Positions 9,883 to 20,519 of a stretch of 64,000 bases of DNA are shown here, piece by piece. The translations under genes were made by a program, and so were the position numbers. The DNA lies in assembly GCA_009619095.1 (NCBI GenBank), contig WJOT01000027.1, positions 6,812 through 70,811 on the forward strand, read 5' to 3'. Position 1 is the first letter of the stretch; each line of letters begins with the position of its first letter. The notes under the pieces were generated by a model. The model saw only the letters and a list, made by a program, of their open reading frames with translations. It had not been told where the DNA came from and made no database searches. The stretch comes from Clostridia bacterium. GTDB lineage: Bacteria > UBA6262 > WVXT01.

Positions 9883-11742
9883 TATGAATTCACCAACTCT
9901 CTGGGCTATCTTATCAGCAGTCAGTCCATACTTCTCTCTTAACTTTTCTCTACTACCATGTTCGATAAATTGATCAGGAAGTCCAATACTTAAAATACGC
10001 ACATTATCAGTCGCCAGTAACTCCTTGATACCCGAGCCGAAACCTCCGGAAAGGGTATTCTCCTCCACAGTAACAACTTTGTGAACTTTCTTGGTTATTT
10101 TCTTTATTAGATCTTCATCTAAAGGTTTAACGAACCTCATGTTAACCAGATTTGCCTTTATGCCTTCTGCTTCCAGTCTCTGCTGGGCCAGGAGACAAGG
10201 ATGCACAGTATTCCCTATCGCCAGGATGGCTACATCATTTCCTTCTGCAAGCACCTCTGCCTTTCCCAGGGGAAGGACTTTATATTGCCTGTCCAATTTA
10301 ACTCCAATGCCCTGGCCTCGAGGAAAGCGAATGGCACAGGGGAAATTCCAGGATAAGGCAGTATTAAGCATGTGCACTAATTCATTCTCATCCTTGGGAG
10401 CCATCACCACCATATTGGGAATTAATCTAAGATAGGAAAGGTCGAACGTTCCCTGATGGGTTGGTCCATCTTCTCCTACTATACCAGCTCTATCTATGGC
10501 AAAGACTACGGGAAGGTTCTGGAGACAAACATCATCGATTATCTGGTCAAATGCCCTCTGAAGAAATGTGGAATAGATGGCACAAACTGGTCTGTACCCG
10601 GCTCTGGCCAACCCTGCGGCAAAGGTAACTGCATGTTGTTCAGCAATTCCCACGTCGAAATATCTCTTGGGAAACTCCTTCTGAAATGCGTCCAGCCCTG
10701 TGCCTTGAGGCATCGCCGCAGTAATGGCAATAATCTTTTCATTCGATTTAGCCAAATCTATAAGAACCCGACTAAATACTTCTGTATATGAAAGAATTTT
10801 ATTTTTTTCTGTCTCTCCAGTCAAAATATTAAAGGGCATTGTTCCGTGAAACTTTATAGGTTCTCGCTCCGCCGGCTGATACCCTTTACCCTTTTTGGTA
10901 ATTACGTGAATCAGGACCGGACCTTTCATATCTTTCACTTTCTGAAAGATTTCGATTAAATAGTGGACATTATGTCCATTAATAGGTCCCAGATAAGAGA
11001 AGCCCATTTCCTCAAAAAGCATCCCTGGAAAGAGAAGTACTTTAAATCGCCGAACTACTCTGAGAATTGCAATGCCCCAGAAGGAAACTCTGGTCAAAAA
11101 CTTTTTTACTCTCCTTTCCAGTTTCTTAACCAGGCCTAAAGTCATCAATTTTGTCAGATATCCTGCCAGAGCTCCCACCCTATGGGAAATGAACATCTCA
11201 TTATCATTTAGAATTACCAGAAGGTCTTTACCCAGGTGTCCGGCATTATTGAGAGCTTCAAAAGCCATTCCTCCGGTCATCGAACCATCCCCTATCACTG
11301 CCACTACCTTCTGGTTGTTGTTGCCAGATAAATCGCGGGCGCAGGCAATTCCCAGAGCAGCTGAGATTGCAGTGGAACTGTGTCCCACGCCAAAGACATC
11401 ATATTCACTCTCGACGGGAGTAGGAAAACCACTTATTCCTCCGTGCTGGCGGAGAGTAGAAAAACTGTCCCTCCTGCCTGTTAGAATCTTATGGGTATAG
11501 GCTTGATGGCCCACATCCCAGATAATCTTGTCCTGAGGGGAGTCAAAAACGTAGTGTAAGGCTATGGTCAATTCAACTGTCCCTAGACTACTGGCAAGAT
11601 GTCCTCCCTTCTGGGATGTCACCGTAATTATTTTTTCTCTGATCTCTTCTGCAAGTTGCGGAAGTAATTCTTTTCTGACCAACCTGAGGTCGCTTGGTCG
11701 GTCAATCAATTCCAGGACTGCCATAGCTTTTGCTTCCTCCAT
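9874..11742 (-). CDS. dxs: 1-deoxy-D-xylulose-5-phosphate synthase
   Basis: 622 aa; GGHLASSLG, GDGSMTGGMAFEALN and transketolase-like C-terminal domains. Confidence 0.97.
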   Translation of the reverse strand: MEEAKAMAVLELIDRPSDLRLVRKELLPQLAEEIREKIITVTSQKGGHLASSLGTVELTIALHYVFDSPQDKIIWDVGHQAYTHKILTGRRDSFSTLRQHGGISGFPTPVESEYDVFGVGHSSTAISAALGIACARDLSGNNNQKVVAVIGDGSMTGGMAFEALNNAGHLGKDLLVILNDNEMFISHRVGALAGYLTKLMTLGLVKKLERRVKKFLTRVSFWGIAILRVVRRFKVLLFPGMLFEEMGFSYLGPINGHNVHYLIEIFQKVKDMKGPVLIHVITKKGKGYQPAEREPIKFHGTMPFNILTGETEKNKILSYTEVFSRVLIDLAKSNEKIIAITAAMPQGTGLDAFQKEFPKRYFDVGIAEQHAVTFAAGLARAGYRPVCAIYSTFLQRAFDQIIDDVCLQNLPVVFAIDRAGIVGEDGPTHQGTFDLSYLRLIPNMVVMAPKDENELVHMLNTALSWNFPCAIRFPRGQGIGVKLDRQYKVLPLGKAEVLAEGNDVAILAIGNTVHPCLLAQQRLEAEGIKANLVNMRFVKPLDEDLIKKITKKVHKVVTVEENTLSGGFGSGIKELLATDNVRILSIGLPDQFIEHGSREKLREKYGLTADKIAQRVGEFIKG

Positions 11743-11746
11743 AATT

Positions 11747-13027
11747 CTAAGAGGTCTGGCTCAAGTAGGGAATGGCCATAGGTCCTTCCGGGAGAACTGC
11801 TATTTTGGCATTATTCCCCAACTCTTTTTTTATTCTCACCACTGTGCTTTCTATATTCTTAATAGGCTCGAGGTGACAAGCTACCACTTCTTTTTCTGGA
11901 AGCTCTGAATATAGATAGACTCTTGCCTTAGTCTGAATCTCAGCCTGTATCTGCGCTTCCCACTGGTCAAACATGGAAAACCCGGGGGACTCGACTATTT
12001 TCAGAATCTCCTCTGGATTCTTACCCATCTGGAGAATGCGGCGATAATTGCCGTGTTCAGGAATGCCATGCGAGCACTGGGATACGCAGATAATCGCTCC
12101 ACCTTTCTTGACAATCTGGCTTGCCGCCGACATCCCTTTTACTGTCTGGTATAGATTCAGGTCAAGAGGATAACCGCTATTGGTAGCAATAACTAAATCG
12201 AATAGATGAGGAACAGGCCGCATTGCACTCTTCCGGGCAAATTCCACACCCTTCCGGTGTGCCAAATCCATATTTCCCGAAAAGACATCACTTATCTCTT
12301 TTTCTTTATTCAGCGTAACATTTATGATGAAAGCAGGTTTGGTCGTAAGGGCTACTTCACGAATCTCTTCCCAGACAGGATTTCCGTAAGTAATGGACCA
12401 GTTTGCCTTTGGGTTGTTCAACATATTGGCGCTATGGTTATGCATTACTGTCTCTTCGCCAGAAATACCAGGAAGTACTGATTTCGGGCCTCCGGAAAAT
12501 CCAGCAAAGAAGTGGGGTTCGATAAATCCAGTCAGTATCTTAACATCGGCTCGCATGTAATCACCATTTACCCATATCTCCCCTCCGGCTTTCGTCTTTC
12601 CCAGATGGACCATTTCATCCTTCTTCTGGGCATTATGGTTAATAATTCTATAATTTCTAACAACTCCTTCACCCAGCATCTCCGTAAGTTCTTCAGTTGT
12701 ATTGGCTCGATGCATTCCCGTAGCATTGAGCAAAATTATTCTATCTTTGCTGACACCACTCAACTCCTGCAAAAGCCAGGGAATAATCTTTCTATTGGGC
12801 ATCGGCCTGGTTATATCCGAGAAGACAATAGCGATAGAATCTTTGGATTTAATCAGCTCCTTAAGTGGTGGACTTCCTAAGGGGTGGTTCAAGGAATCGA
12901 TAAAAGCTTTCCTTTCATCAGAAAGCCCGGGCATGAATTTCGGTTCAATAATCGTAAGACCTTCTTCCGGAAGAGTAATATCTAAACCTTTTTTTCCATA
13001 AGCTAACCTTATATCCACTTCTCTCAC
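11747..13027 (-). CDS. LarA-like (DUF2088) nickel-dependent racemase family protein
   Basis: 426 aa; overall LarA N-terminal domain pattern (..ILTGFIEPHFFAGFSGGPKS..). Inserted between dxs and ispA. Confidence 0.7.
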   Translation of the reverse strand: MREVDIRLAYGKKGLDITLPEEGLTIIEPKFMPGLSDERKAFIDSLNHPLGSPPLKELIKSKDSIAIVFSDITRPMPNRKIIPWLLQELSGVSKDRIILLNATGMHRANTTEELTEMLGEGVVRNYRIINHNAQKKDEMVHLGKTKAGGEIWVNGDYMRADVKILTGFIEPHFFAGFSGGPKSVLPGISGEETVMHNHSANMLNNPKANWSITYGNPVWEEIREVALTTKPAFIINVTLNKEKEISDVFSGNMDLAHRKGVEFARKSAMRPVPHLFDLVIATNSGYPLDLNLYQTVKGMSAASQIVKKGGAIICVSQCSHGIPEHGNYRRILQMGKNPEEILKIVESPGFSMFDQWEAQIQAEIQTKARVYLYSELPEKEVVACHLEPIKNIESTVVRIKKELGNNAKIAVLPEGPMAIPYLSQTS

Positions 13028-13033
13028 CTATTT

Positions 13034-13115
13034 TGTGTAGCAGCAAAGCGAAAGCTTTGCACAGATTGAATCTGTGCCTACAATGGTTTTTGTAGGCACG
13101 GTTTCAACCGTGCAG
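13034..13115. repeat. Mosaic palindromic repeat cluster (E, B, A)
   Basis: gcaaagcgaaagctttgc 13042-13059; gcacagattgaatctgtgc 13058-13076; gcacggtttcaaccgtgc 13095-13112. Confidence 0.85.
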
Positions 13116-13127
13116 GCCGTATCTATA

Positions 13128-14021
13128 TTATATTCTAGATTCGACAAAGCAGTCTATTAATTTTTTGAGGAACTCTCCTCTTTTTTTAAATCCCTTCAGG
13201 GGAACTTTAGCACTTTTAATCAGCCTTTTTACCTTCTCTCTGGAAGTTTTTAAACCGTGAATTCGAGGATAAGTTAACTCTCTTTTCTCTTTCTTGTCCA
13301 AGATGTCATCGGTAATTTGAAAGGCTAATCCGAAACTTCTCCCATATTTATCGAGTGCTTTCAACTCTCCACGAGAAGCACCTGCCAATATTGCTCCCAC
13401 CTTTAATGCCACGTTAATTAGAGCAGCGGTCTTGTGGGAATGGATGTAAGATAATTTCTTCTCCCTTTGTACTTGTGTCGGTGAACTTAAAGATTGAATA
13501 TCCTCCACCTGTCCTCCCAGCATCCCCTCCGTTCCTATAGCCTGAGTGATCTGGGCAATTACTTTTGCTTGAAGAACTTTATCTTTGGGGAATCTCATTT
13601 GGGATAAAACTTCAAAGGCTCTGGTCAACAATGCATCGCCAGCCAAAATAGCCATAGCTTCCCCGAATTTCTTATGGCAGGATAATTTACCTCGGCGATA
13701 GTCATCGTCATCTATTGCCGGAAGGTCATCATGAATAAGAGAGTAGGTATGGATCATTTCTATGGCACAGGCAGCAGGTAGGACATCAGAGGCTTTCCCT
13801 CCGCATGCTTCTGCTGCAGCGATAAGGAGAATTGGCCTCAGGCGCTTTCCCTTTCCAAAAACAGCATAGCGCATAGCCTGATGAATTATTGGCGGATACT
13901 TCTTGGGAGAATGAAGGAGTCTATTTAAAGTAGACTCAATAGCAATTCTTTTTTCTCTTAAATATTTTTCAATCGAAAAGCCCATAGGAGTAATTCTATT
14001 CTGTAGAATTCGAATTCTCAA
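13128..14021 (-). CDS. ispA: Farnesyl/geranylgeranyl diphosphate synthase (polyprenyl synthetase)
   Basis: Both Asp-rich motifs are present: LIHDDLPAIDDDDYRRG and FQITDDILD. xseB-ispA-dxs synteny. Confidence 0.9.
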   Translation of the reverse strand: MRIRILQNRITPMGFSIEKYLREKRIAIESTLNRLLHSPKKYPPIIHQAMRYAVFGKGKRLRPILLIAAAEACGGKASDVLPAACAIEMIHTYSLIHDDLPAIDDDDYRRGKLSCHKKFGEAMAILAGDALLTRAFEVLSQMRFPKDKVLQAKVIAQITQAIGTEGMLGGQVEDIQSLSSPTQVQREKKLSYIHSHKTAALINVALKVGAILAGASRGELKALDKYGRSFGLAFQITDDILDKKEKRELTYPRIHGLKTSREKVKRLIKSAKVPLKGFKKRGEFLKKLIDCFVESRI

Positions 14022-14272
14022 TAATTATTCTCTTTCTTTTCTATCTCTTCTTCCAAATTGAAAGGTTTTGCTGCTAGTTCTCCTTTCTCAGATTTGGTCA
14101 AAATCTCAATTTTCTTTTTCGCTTCTTCGAGTTTCCCTGAACAGAATTTTGATAATTTTATCCCTTCCTCAAATAATTTCAAAGAACCCTCAAGCGACTT
14201 CTCTCCTTCCTCTAACTGTTGAACTATCTTTTCCAATCTACTTATAGCCTCTTCGAATTTCATCTCTTCCAT
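14018..14272 (-). CDS. xseB: Exodeoxyribonuclease VII small subunit
   Basis: 84 aa; FEEAISRLEKIVQQLEEGE.SLE.SLKLFEEG..L..C is the typical XseB sequence. Confidence 0.85.
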   Translation of the reverse strand: MEEMKFEEAISRLEKIVQQLEEGEKSLEGSLKLFEEGIKLSKFCSGKLEEAKKKIEILTKSEKGELAAKPFNLEEEIEKKENNY

Positions 14273-14273
14273 T

Positions 14274-15524
14274 TTACTCTCCTTTCACTCCTTTCTTTTC
14301 TGATTCCTTCTTAACCGGTATGTCGGTCTCTTCTACCGTGCAAATTATTTCGCCGCGGTGTAGTTTAACTTTCACTTTATCTTTCATTGTAACTTGCGCT
14401 ATGCTCTTTAAAATCTCATTTTCTGGCAATTTATAGGTAATGCTATATCCCCTGGCTAAAATATTCAGCGGGGAGAGAACATTCAACTTTCCAGCAATTG
14501 AATTTAATTTTTCCTTCTGGAAATCCAAAAAATGGGCACACTTAGAAATTATTCTTTCTAAATAGTAATCTATTTCCTGTTGAAATTGAGAGTATAGTTC
14601 TTCGGGATGGAGAAAGATTCTACTGTCCACAAGGCGTCTGTATTGGCTGGTGAGTTCATCTAGTTCGTGCTTCATAGACAATTTAATCTTAGAAGTCAAA
14701 AGCAATATTTTCTTTTCTAACTCAATTTTATTGGTAACCACTAATTCGGCAGCAGCTGAAGGTGTGGATGCGCGAAGGTCGGCAACGAAATCAGCAATAG
14801 TATAATCGACTTCGTGACCAACAGCAGAAATTACAGGAATCCTGGAGTTATAGATAGCCCGGGCAACAATTTCTCTATTAAAAGGCCAAAGGTCTTCTAA
14901 GGATCCACCACCTCTTCCCACGATTAGCACATCCAGATAGGGAAAACGTTCGTTAACATAGGCTATTGCTTCGGCAATCTCGCCAGCGGCACGGTCGCCT
15001 TGCACCCTTACTGGATGGATTAAAATGTGTACATTGGCAAATCTGCGCTCAATTATATTCAAGATATCACGAATTGCTGCTCCGGTAGGTGATGTAACTA
15101 TGCCAATCTTCTGAGGTAACATGGGTATTGGTCTCTTACGTACCTTATCAAATAGACCTTCTTTCTCCAGTTTCCGTTTCAATTGTTCGAATGCTTGCTG
15201 CAATGCGCCTATACCTATAGGTTTGAGACCGTATACAATAATCTGGTATCTCCCGCCTTTTACAAAGACACTTATCTTTCCTTGGGCAATTACTTTCATT
15301 CCATTTTCTGGCATAAACTCCAGTTGTCCAGCCTGCCACTTATACATAATGGCATTTATCTGAGCATCTTCATCTTTTAAACTGAAATAGAGGTGGCCTG
15401 AGGAGTGGAGAGTAAAATTGGATATTTCTCCTTCAAGCCAAATCTCAGGAAACTCTTCTTCCAGGAGATTCTTGGCTATTTTATTTATTTCCGATACTTT
15501 ATAAATTTTTCTTGGCTCTTCCAC
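14274..15524 (-). CDS. xseA: Exodeoxyribonuclease VII large subunit
   Basis: 416 aa; OB fold (IWLEGEISNF..HSSGHLYFSLKD) followed by the catalytic domain (IGIVTSPTGAAIRD..RGGGS.EDLW.FN). Confidence 0.9.
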   Translation of the reverse strand: MEEPRKIYKVSEINKIAKNLLEEEFPEIWLEGEISNFTLHSSGHLYFSLKDEDAQINAIMYKWQAGQLEFMPENGMKVIAQGKISVFVKGGRYQIIVYGLKPIGIGALQQAFEQLKRKLEKEGLFDKVRKRPIPMLPQKIGIVTSPTGAAIRDILNIIERRFANVHILIHPVRVQGDRAAGEIAEAIAYVNERFPYLDVLIVGRGGGSLEDLWPFNREIVARAIYNSRIPVISAVGHEVDYTIADFVADLRASTPSAAAELVVTNKIELEKKILLLTSKIKLSMKHELDELTSQYRRLVDSRIFLHPEELYSQFQQEIDYYLERIISKCAHFLDFQKEKLNSIAGKLNVLSPLNILARGYSITYKLPENEILKSIAQVTMKDKVKVKLHRGEIICTVEETDIPVKKESEKKGVKGE

Positions 15525-15527
15525 CTT

Positions 15528-16319
15528 TCACTCCCTTTTTCCCTCAAATGGTTTAGCAATTCTCTTTATGCTTTCAGCCTTTCCCGTTTTCTCGTCGATT
15601 TCCATCACTGCTCCTGCAAAAATTAAATCATCTTTTGCCACTTCAAACCTGATGGGCATCTGGGTCAAGTACCTCTTCAGGATAATCTCCTTTTTTACCC
15701 CGATAACCGAATCGCGGGGACCGGTCATTCCTACATCAGTAATATAAGCTGTCCCCTGTGGAAGAATCCGTTCATCAGCAGTAGGAACGTGCGTATGAGT
15801 GCCTATTACCGCGCTTACTTTACCATCTAAGTACCAACCCATAGCAACTTTTTCTGATGTAATTTCCGCATGCATATCCACAACGATTATCTTTGTCTGT
15901 TTACTGATTTCTTCTATAATTCCATCAGTTGCACGGAAAGGACACTCTAAAGTGGACATATAAACTCTACCCATAAGATTTATGACACCAACTTTTATTC
16001 CATTATCCGCTTGAACAATCGTCCACCCTTTCCCGGGAACTTCAGGTGGAAAATTCGCTGGCCTTAAGATATTCTCTTCTTCTATTATTTCTGAAATCTC
16101 CTTCCTTGCCCATACATGATTGCCCATAGTAATTACATCGACTCCCTCTGAAAATACCTCGCGAGAAATATTAGGGGTGAGACCAAAACCGCCTGCTGCA
16201 TTTTCACAATTAGCAATCACAAACTGAATATTTTCCTCTGTCATTATTTTGAGAAGAATGTTTCTCATTATTTCCCTACCCGGCTTACCGATTATATCAG
16301 CAACAAATAGTATTCTCAC
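15528..16319 (-). CDS. ymdB: YmdB-like TIGR00282 metallophosphoesterase
   Basis: VRILFVADIIGKPGR...NCENAAGGFG...MGNHVW. Start moved to GTG 16319 (AGGAG 9 nt upstream). The ORF-track N-terminal 27 aa are a read-through of hairpin repeats. rny-ymdB synteny. Confidence 0.85.
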   Translation of the reverse strand: MRILFVADIIGKPGREIMRNILLKIMTEENIQFVIANCENAAGGFGLTPNISREVFSEGVDVITMGNHVWARKEISEIIEEENILRPANFPPEVPGKGWTIVQADNGIKVGVINLMGRVYMSTLECPFRATDGIIEEISKQTKIIVVDMHAEITSEKVAMGWYLDGKVSAVIGTHTHVPTADERILPQGTAYITDVGMTGPRDSVIGVKKEIILKRYLTQMPIRFEVAKDDLIFAGAVMEIDEKTGKAESIKRIAKPFEGKRE

Positions 16320-16338
16320 TTTTTCTCCTTTATGTAAC

Positions 16339-16457
16339 GGCAAAGCGTAAGCTTTGTCTCCTGTAGGGGACGGACGCAGTTTATGCCGATTTTTCGGCAT
16401 GCCGTCCCTTCTTTTGGGCGACCATCCCGATATACATCGGGATCGCCCCTACAATGG
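16339..16457. repeat. Mosaic palindromic repeat cluster (E-like, nested hairpins, D)
   Basis: ggcaaagcgtaagctttgtc; gggacgg..atgccgatttttcggcat..ccgtccc (nested); gggcga..atcccgatatacatcgggat..tcgccc followed by ctacaa. Confidence 0.85.
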
Positions 16458-16486
16458 TAGAGTTTCGCTCTGCCGCTATTGCCTTT

Positions 16487-18043
16487 TTATTTTGCAGTTT
16501 CGATGGCTCTTGTCTCTCTGATAACCGTAACTTTTATCTGTCCAGGATACTCTATTTCTTTTTCGATTTTCTTAGCTATCTCCCTGGCCAGATTTTGCAC
16601 CATACTATCCTCCACCTCTTCCGGTTCCACAATAATCCTTATCTCTCGTCCTGCTTGAATGGCATAAGATTTCTCTACTCCTCGAAAAGAATTGGCTACA
16701 TTTTCCAACTTCTCCAGCCTCTTTAAATAGTATTCCAGAGATTCTCTCCGAGAACCTGGGCGGGAAGCAGAGGCTGCATCAGCAGCCTGCAGCAGGACTG
16801 CCTCTACACTCTGAGCCTGGCAGTCTTCATGATGGGCAGCAACGGCATTAACCATCTTCGAGAGTTCATTATATTTTCTTGCTAAATCTGCACCAATCTG
16901 GGCATGTGTTCCCTCCACGTCACGATCGATAGATTTACCTATATCATGTATCAACCCCGCTCGTCTGGCAAATTTCGCATCTACGCCTAACTCACCAGCC
17001 AATATAGAAGCTATGTGAGCTACCTCTAAAGAATGCTGGAGAACATTCTGACCATAACTGGTTCGATATTTAAGCCTACCTATTAACCTAATTATTTCCG
17101 GGTGGAGACCTTGAACGCCGACGTCAAATGCTGCTTGTTCTCCCATTGACTTTAGATGTGCTTCCATCTCTTCCTTTGCCTTTTCTACAATTTCTTCAAT
17201 CCTTGCCGGGTGAATCCTGCCATCGGCAATTAGTCTTTCCAGAGCAACCCGGGCAATTTCCCTTCTCACCCCATCAAAGGCAGAAAGTGTAATGGCTTCA
17301 GGAGTGTCGTCAATTATTAAATCAACTCCAGTGGCGTTCTCGAAAGCCCGAATATTCCTCCCTTCCCGGCCTATCACGCGGCCTTTCATCTCATCATCGG
17401 GCAAAGAAACTGTGGAAACGGTGATATCCGCAGTATGCTCCACAACACAACGCTGGATAGCCTGACTTAAAATCCCTTTAGCTTTTCTTGTTCCGATCTC
17501 TATAGCCTCTTGTTCCATCCGTCTAATAATTGTCGCCGCTTCTTTATTAGCCTCTTCCTCCATATTGGCCAGGAGAATTTTCTTTGCTTCTTCCGGGGTC
17601 ATTCTGGCTAACCTTTCCAATACCCTTTTTTGTTCCTCCTTTGCTTGCGCTAACTTCTTTGCTTCCTCCTCCCAGTGTTTCTCTTTCCCTAAAACATATC
17701 TCTCTTTCTTGTTGATTTCTCTCTCTTTTCTCTCCAGGATATCAACTTTACGGTCTAAATTTTCATCTTTCTGTGCTAATCGCTTTTCCAGACTTTCCAA
17801 CTCTTTTCGTCGACTTCGCGTTTCCTCTTCAAATTTAATCCTTGCTTTGTGCATTTCATCTTTTATCTCAAGGATGCCTTCTTTCTTTTCCGATTCCGCC
17901 TCTCGCTGGGCGGAATCGATTATCCTTTTCGCTTGTGCTTCAACCGATGAGGCCTGAAATCTCGCATAAATAAATCTTAAAATATATCCTGCCAACATTC
18001 CTAATAGAAGGCAACCCGCACCAATCAAGATTAGACTATTCAT
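16487..18043 (-). CDS. rny: Ribonuclease Y
   Basis: 518 aa; N-terminal TM helix, long coiled coil, KH domain ([15 protein letters not shown]) and HD domain ([14 protein letters not shown]). Confidence 0.95.
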   Translation of the reverse strand: MNSLILIGAGCLLLGMLAGYILRFIYARFQASSVEAQAKRIIDSAQREAESEKKEGILEIKDEMHKARIKFEEETRSRRKELESLEKRLAQKDENLDRKVDILERKEREINKKERYVLGKEKHWEEEAKKLAQAKEEQKRVLERLARMTPEEAKKILLANMEEEANKEAATIIRRMEQEAIEIGTRKAKGILSQAIQRCVVEHTADITVSTVSLPDDEMKGRVIGREGRNIRAFENATGVDLIIDDTPEAITLSAFDGVRREIARVALERLIADGRIHPARIEEIVEKAKEEMEAHLKSMGEQAAFDVGVQGLHPEIIRLIGRLKYRTSYGQNVLQHSLEVAHIASILAGELGVDAKFARRAGLIHDIGKSIDRDVEGTHAQIGADLARKYNELSKMVNAVAAHHEDCQAQSVEAVLLQAADAASASRPGSRRESLEYYLKRLEKLENVANSFRGVEKSYAIQAGREIRIIVEPEEVEDSMVQNLAREIAKKIEKEIEYPGQIKVTVIRETRAIETAK

Positions 18044-18059
18044 TTTTCCCTCCTATGTG

Positions 18060-18345
18060 AATCAGCTCCGAAGGAGTCCGACGCCTCCATCGGGATTCGG
18101 AGTCCTGTCGGACCTGTGCTTCCCCGATATTACATATCGGGGACTCTCTGTCTCCGGGGCGCTCAAGCGTCTTTCGCCCGCGCCTTTCCCTCGTTTCGCT
18201 CGGTCGTCCCGATTTCATCGGGACCGGCATTCCGGGGCGCTCACCGTCTCGCGCCCGCGCCTTTCCCTCGCTTCGCTCGGTCGTCGCTCCTTATTCGTCG
18301 CGACCGACGCCCCTTCCACAAAGGTTTCCTTAATCTACGGAAAAT
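18060..18345. repeat. GC-rich modular scaffold element, copy 1 (includes a 78-bp tandem duplication)
   Basis: ctccgaaggag, ccccgatattacatatcgggg, ..ctctctgtc.., then tccggggcgctca..gcgcccgcgcctttccctcg.ttcgctcggtcgtc at 18153-18207 and again at 18231-18285, ending ..ccccttcc.caaaggtttccttaatc. The same linker order occurs at 23847-23996 and 30487-30785. Confidence 0.8.
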
Positions 18346-18410
18346 TACCACACTCAAGTTATCCCTGCTGGAAATACGAGGAACTTGGTAATACGACTAT
18401 TGGAATTTAC

Positions 18411-19016
18411 TTATGGTCGGTCTTTACAATCTACTATCCCGCTCTCAGTAACTATTTTATCAACCTTCATATCTCCTTTTACGAGAGGAATTTTCCTGGC
18501 AATCTGCAAATCGAAAGCAAGTCCAATCAGTGCACATTGACGGGAGCGACTCATCCTTGATCTTATCGATTTACTTCTTAAAAATCGATCATAATATCCT
18601 CTCCCATACCCCAGGCGACCTCCCCTTTTATCAAAGACTACTCCAGGGACAACTACAAGATCAATCTCTTTTTGATTCACCCTCCTTCTGAACTCTTTTT
18701 TCGGCTCTTTTATTCCAAAACTTCCCTTGGTGAGTTCTTTTTTTAAATTTTTAATCTCGGACACCACTATCTTTTCTCCATGCACAACAGGTATTACTAT
18801 CTTTTTCTTCAATTTCAGCGCATTTCTTGTCATTTTCTCTGTTTCCACTTCACTACGAAAAGATACATAAAACATAACTGTCTTTGCTCGTTGGAACTCA
18901 GGTAAGGAAAAGAGTTCCTTTTCGATTTTCTCGCTTTTAGATTTTATTTCATCCCGGGAAAGGTTATTTCTCTTCTTCAGGAATTCTTGCCTGATTTTTC
19001 TTTTTTTCTCCTCCAT
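18411..19016 (-). CDS. 5-formyltetrahydrofolate cyclo-ligase
   Basis: 201 aa; ..IVIPVV.. and ..GGRLGYGRGYYDRFL is the MTHFS signature. Confidence 0.85.
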   Translation of the reverse strand: MEEKKRKIRQEFLKKRNNLSRDEIKSKSEKIEKELFSLPEFQRAKTVMFYVSFRSEVETEKMTRNALKLKKKIVIPVVHGEKIVVSEIKNLKKELTKGSFGIKEPKKEFRRRVNQKEIDLVVVPGVVFDKRGGRLGYGRGYYDRFLRSKSIRSRMSRSRQCALIGLAFDLQIARKIPLVKGDMKVDKIVTESGIVDCKDRP

Positions 19017-19020
19017 TTTT

Positions 19021-20409
19021 CTAAAAAGTTCTATCTTTAGCCCCTTTCCCTTTCCCAGTCACTTTTTCTATAGGACGGTCTGGTTTCTGCCTATGGGAAA
19101 ACTTAGAATCCTTAGCAATCCGGGACTTCAATTCTTCCATCCTCTTTTTAATCTTTGCCTCATAGCCTTCTTCTGTGGGAAAATAGTACTTACGTTTCAC
19201 GGGTAAATAGTCCTGCTCAACCCATCCTTTTGCATAATTGTGAGGATATTTATAATCTTTTTGTCCAGCCTTAGTTAAATACTTTGGAGGCTTAAGAATC
19301 TTCTTCTCTTCTATATCGGCTAAAGCCTTATCTATTCCCTTATAGGCTGCATTAGACTTGAGAGCACAAGCAATATATATTGCCGCCTGGGCAAGGGGTA
19401 TCTTAGCTTCGGGCATTCCTAAAAATTCACAGGCCTCCAGAGCCGCATTGGCTACTACCAGAGCTTGTGGGTCTGCATTGCCCACATCTTCACTGGCACA
19501 GATCACAATCCTTCTGGCAATAAATCGTGGGTCTTCACCAGCATATATCATCTTTGCCAACCAGTATAAAGTTGCATCCGGGTCAGAGCCTCTCATGCTC
19601 TTAATAAAAGCAGATATCGTGTCATAATGTTCATTCCCTTTCTTATCATAGACCACAGCCTTTTTCTGGATTGATTCTTCAGCAACTGATAGGGTAAAGT
19701 TAATTTCTCCATTGCGGCTTGGTTTTGTAGTCATCACTCCTACCTCCAGTGCATTCAATGCTCTTCTAGCATCACCGTTAGAAGTTTTTATCAGATGCTT
19801 TAGTGCCTCAGGAGCAATGTTTATTCTCTTCTTGCCCAAGCCGTTTTCTTTATCTCCAATTGCCCTTTTCAAAATAACTTTTAGCTCTTCATCATTCAAA
19901 GGTTTAAATTCGAAAATCTGGGAACGGGAGAGTAACCTGGAATTAATATAAAAATAAGGGTTCTCGGTAGTAATACCGATCAGGGTAACTATCCCCTTCT
20001 CTACATCTGGCAGGAGTCCATCTTGCTGGCTTCGGTTAAAATGGTGAAGCTCATCGATCAGTAGAATTGTCTTCTGACCCGAAAACTTTCTCTTTTGCCA
20101 GGCTCTCTCAATTATCTTTCTTAAATCAGCGACCCCGGAAGTCACCGCATTTAACTCTTCAAAGTGTGCTTTCGTCCGTTCAGCGATTATTCTGGCAAGT
20201 GCCGATTTACCACAGCCTGACGGACCATAGAAGATGAGAGATACAATTCTATCCGCCTCAATAGCTCGCCGCAGCAGTTTACCCTTGCCTAAAATGTGCT
20301 CTTGCCCTACAAACTGGGAAAGTCTCTTGGGGGACATCCGCAAAGCTAAGGGCATATCTCTAATGGCTTCCGATTTCTCTTTGGCAAAAAGTTCCATCCC
20401 CTGCCTCAA
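19021..20409 (-). CDS. rarA: Replication-associated recombination protein A (MgsA/RarA AAA+ ATPase)
   Basis: FVGQEHILGKGKLLRRAIE...LIFYGPSGCGKSALARIIA (Walker A), LLIDELHHFN (Walker B), MgsA C-terminal domain (DPDATLYWLAKMIYAGEDPRFIARR). Confidence 0.9.
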   Translation of the reverse strand: MRQGMELFAKEKSEAIRDMPLALRMSPKRLSQFVGQEHILGKGKLLRRAIEADRIVSLIFYGPSGCGKSALARIIAERTKAHFEELNAVTSGVADLRKIIERAWQKRKFSGQKTILLIDELHHFNRSQQDGLLPDVEKGIVTLIGITTENPYFYINSRLLSRSQIFEFKPLNDEELKVILKRAIGDKENGLGKKRINIAPEALKHLIKTSNGDARRALNALEVGVMTTKPSRNGEINFTLSVAEESIQKKAVVYDKKGNEHYDTISAFIKSMRGSDPDATLYWLAKMIYAGEDPRFIARRIVICASEDVGNADPQALVVANAALEACEFLGMPEAKIPLAQAAIYIACALKSNAAYKGIDKALADIEEKKILKPPKYLTKAGQKDYKYPHNYAKGWVEQDYLPVKRKYYFPTEEGYEAKIKKRMEELKSRIAKDSKFSHRQKPDRPIEKVTGKGKGAKDRTF

Positions 20410-20412
20410 TTG

Positions 20413-20488
20413 ATCAGGAGTAGCCCTGATTTATCCAGCCCCTGCTCTCAGGGGCGGGATTTATCGGGACGTATTCGGAGTAGTCCCG
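20413..20488. repeat. Three consecutive small GC-rich hairpins
   Basis: atcagg-agtagc-cctgat; cccctg-ctct-cagggg; cgggac-gtattcggagta-gtcccg. Confidence 0.7.
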
Positions 20489-20519
20489 CAAAAAAATGAC
20501 TCTGATCCCTTTTTTGTTA

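Noticed and set aside
18036-18560. ORFs 18036..18230 (-), 18057..18560 (+) and 18116..18391 (+) with Arg/Pro/Ser-rich products
   Set aside because: They are translations of the GC-rich tandem and hairpin repeats in the rny leader. The internal repeats mirror the DNA repeats. They have no RBS and overlap each other.
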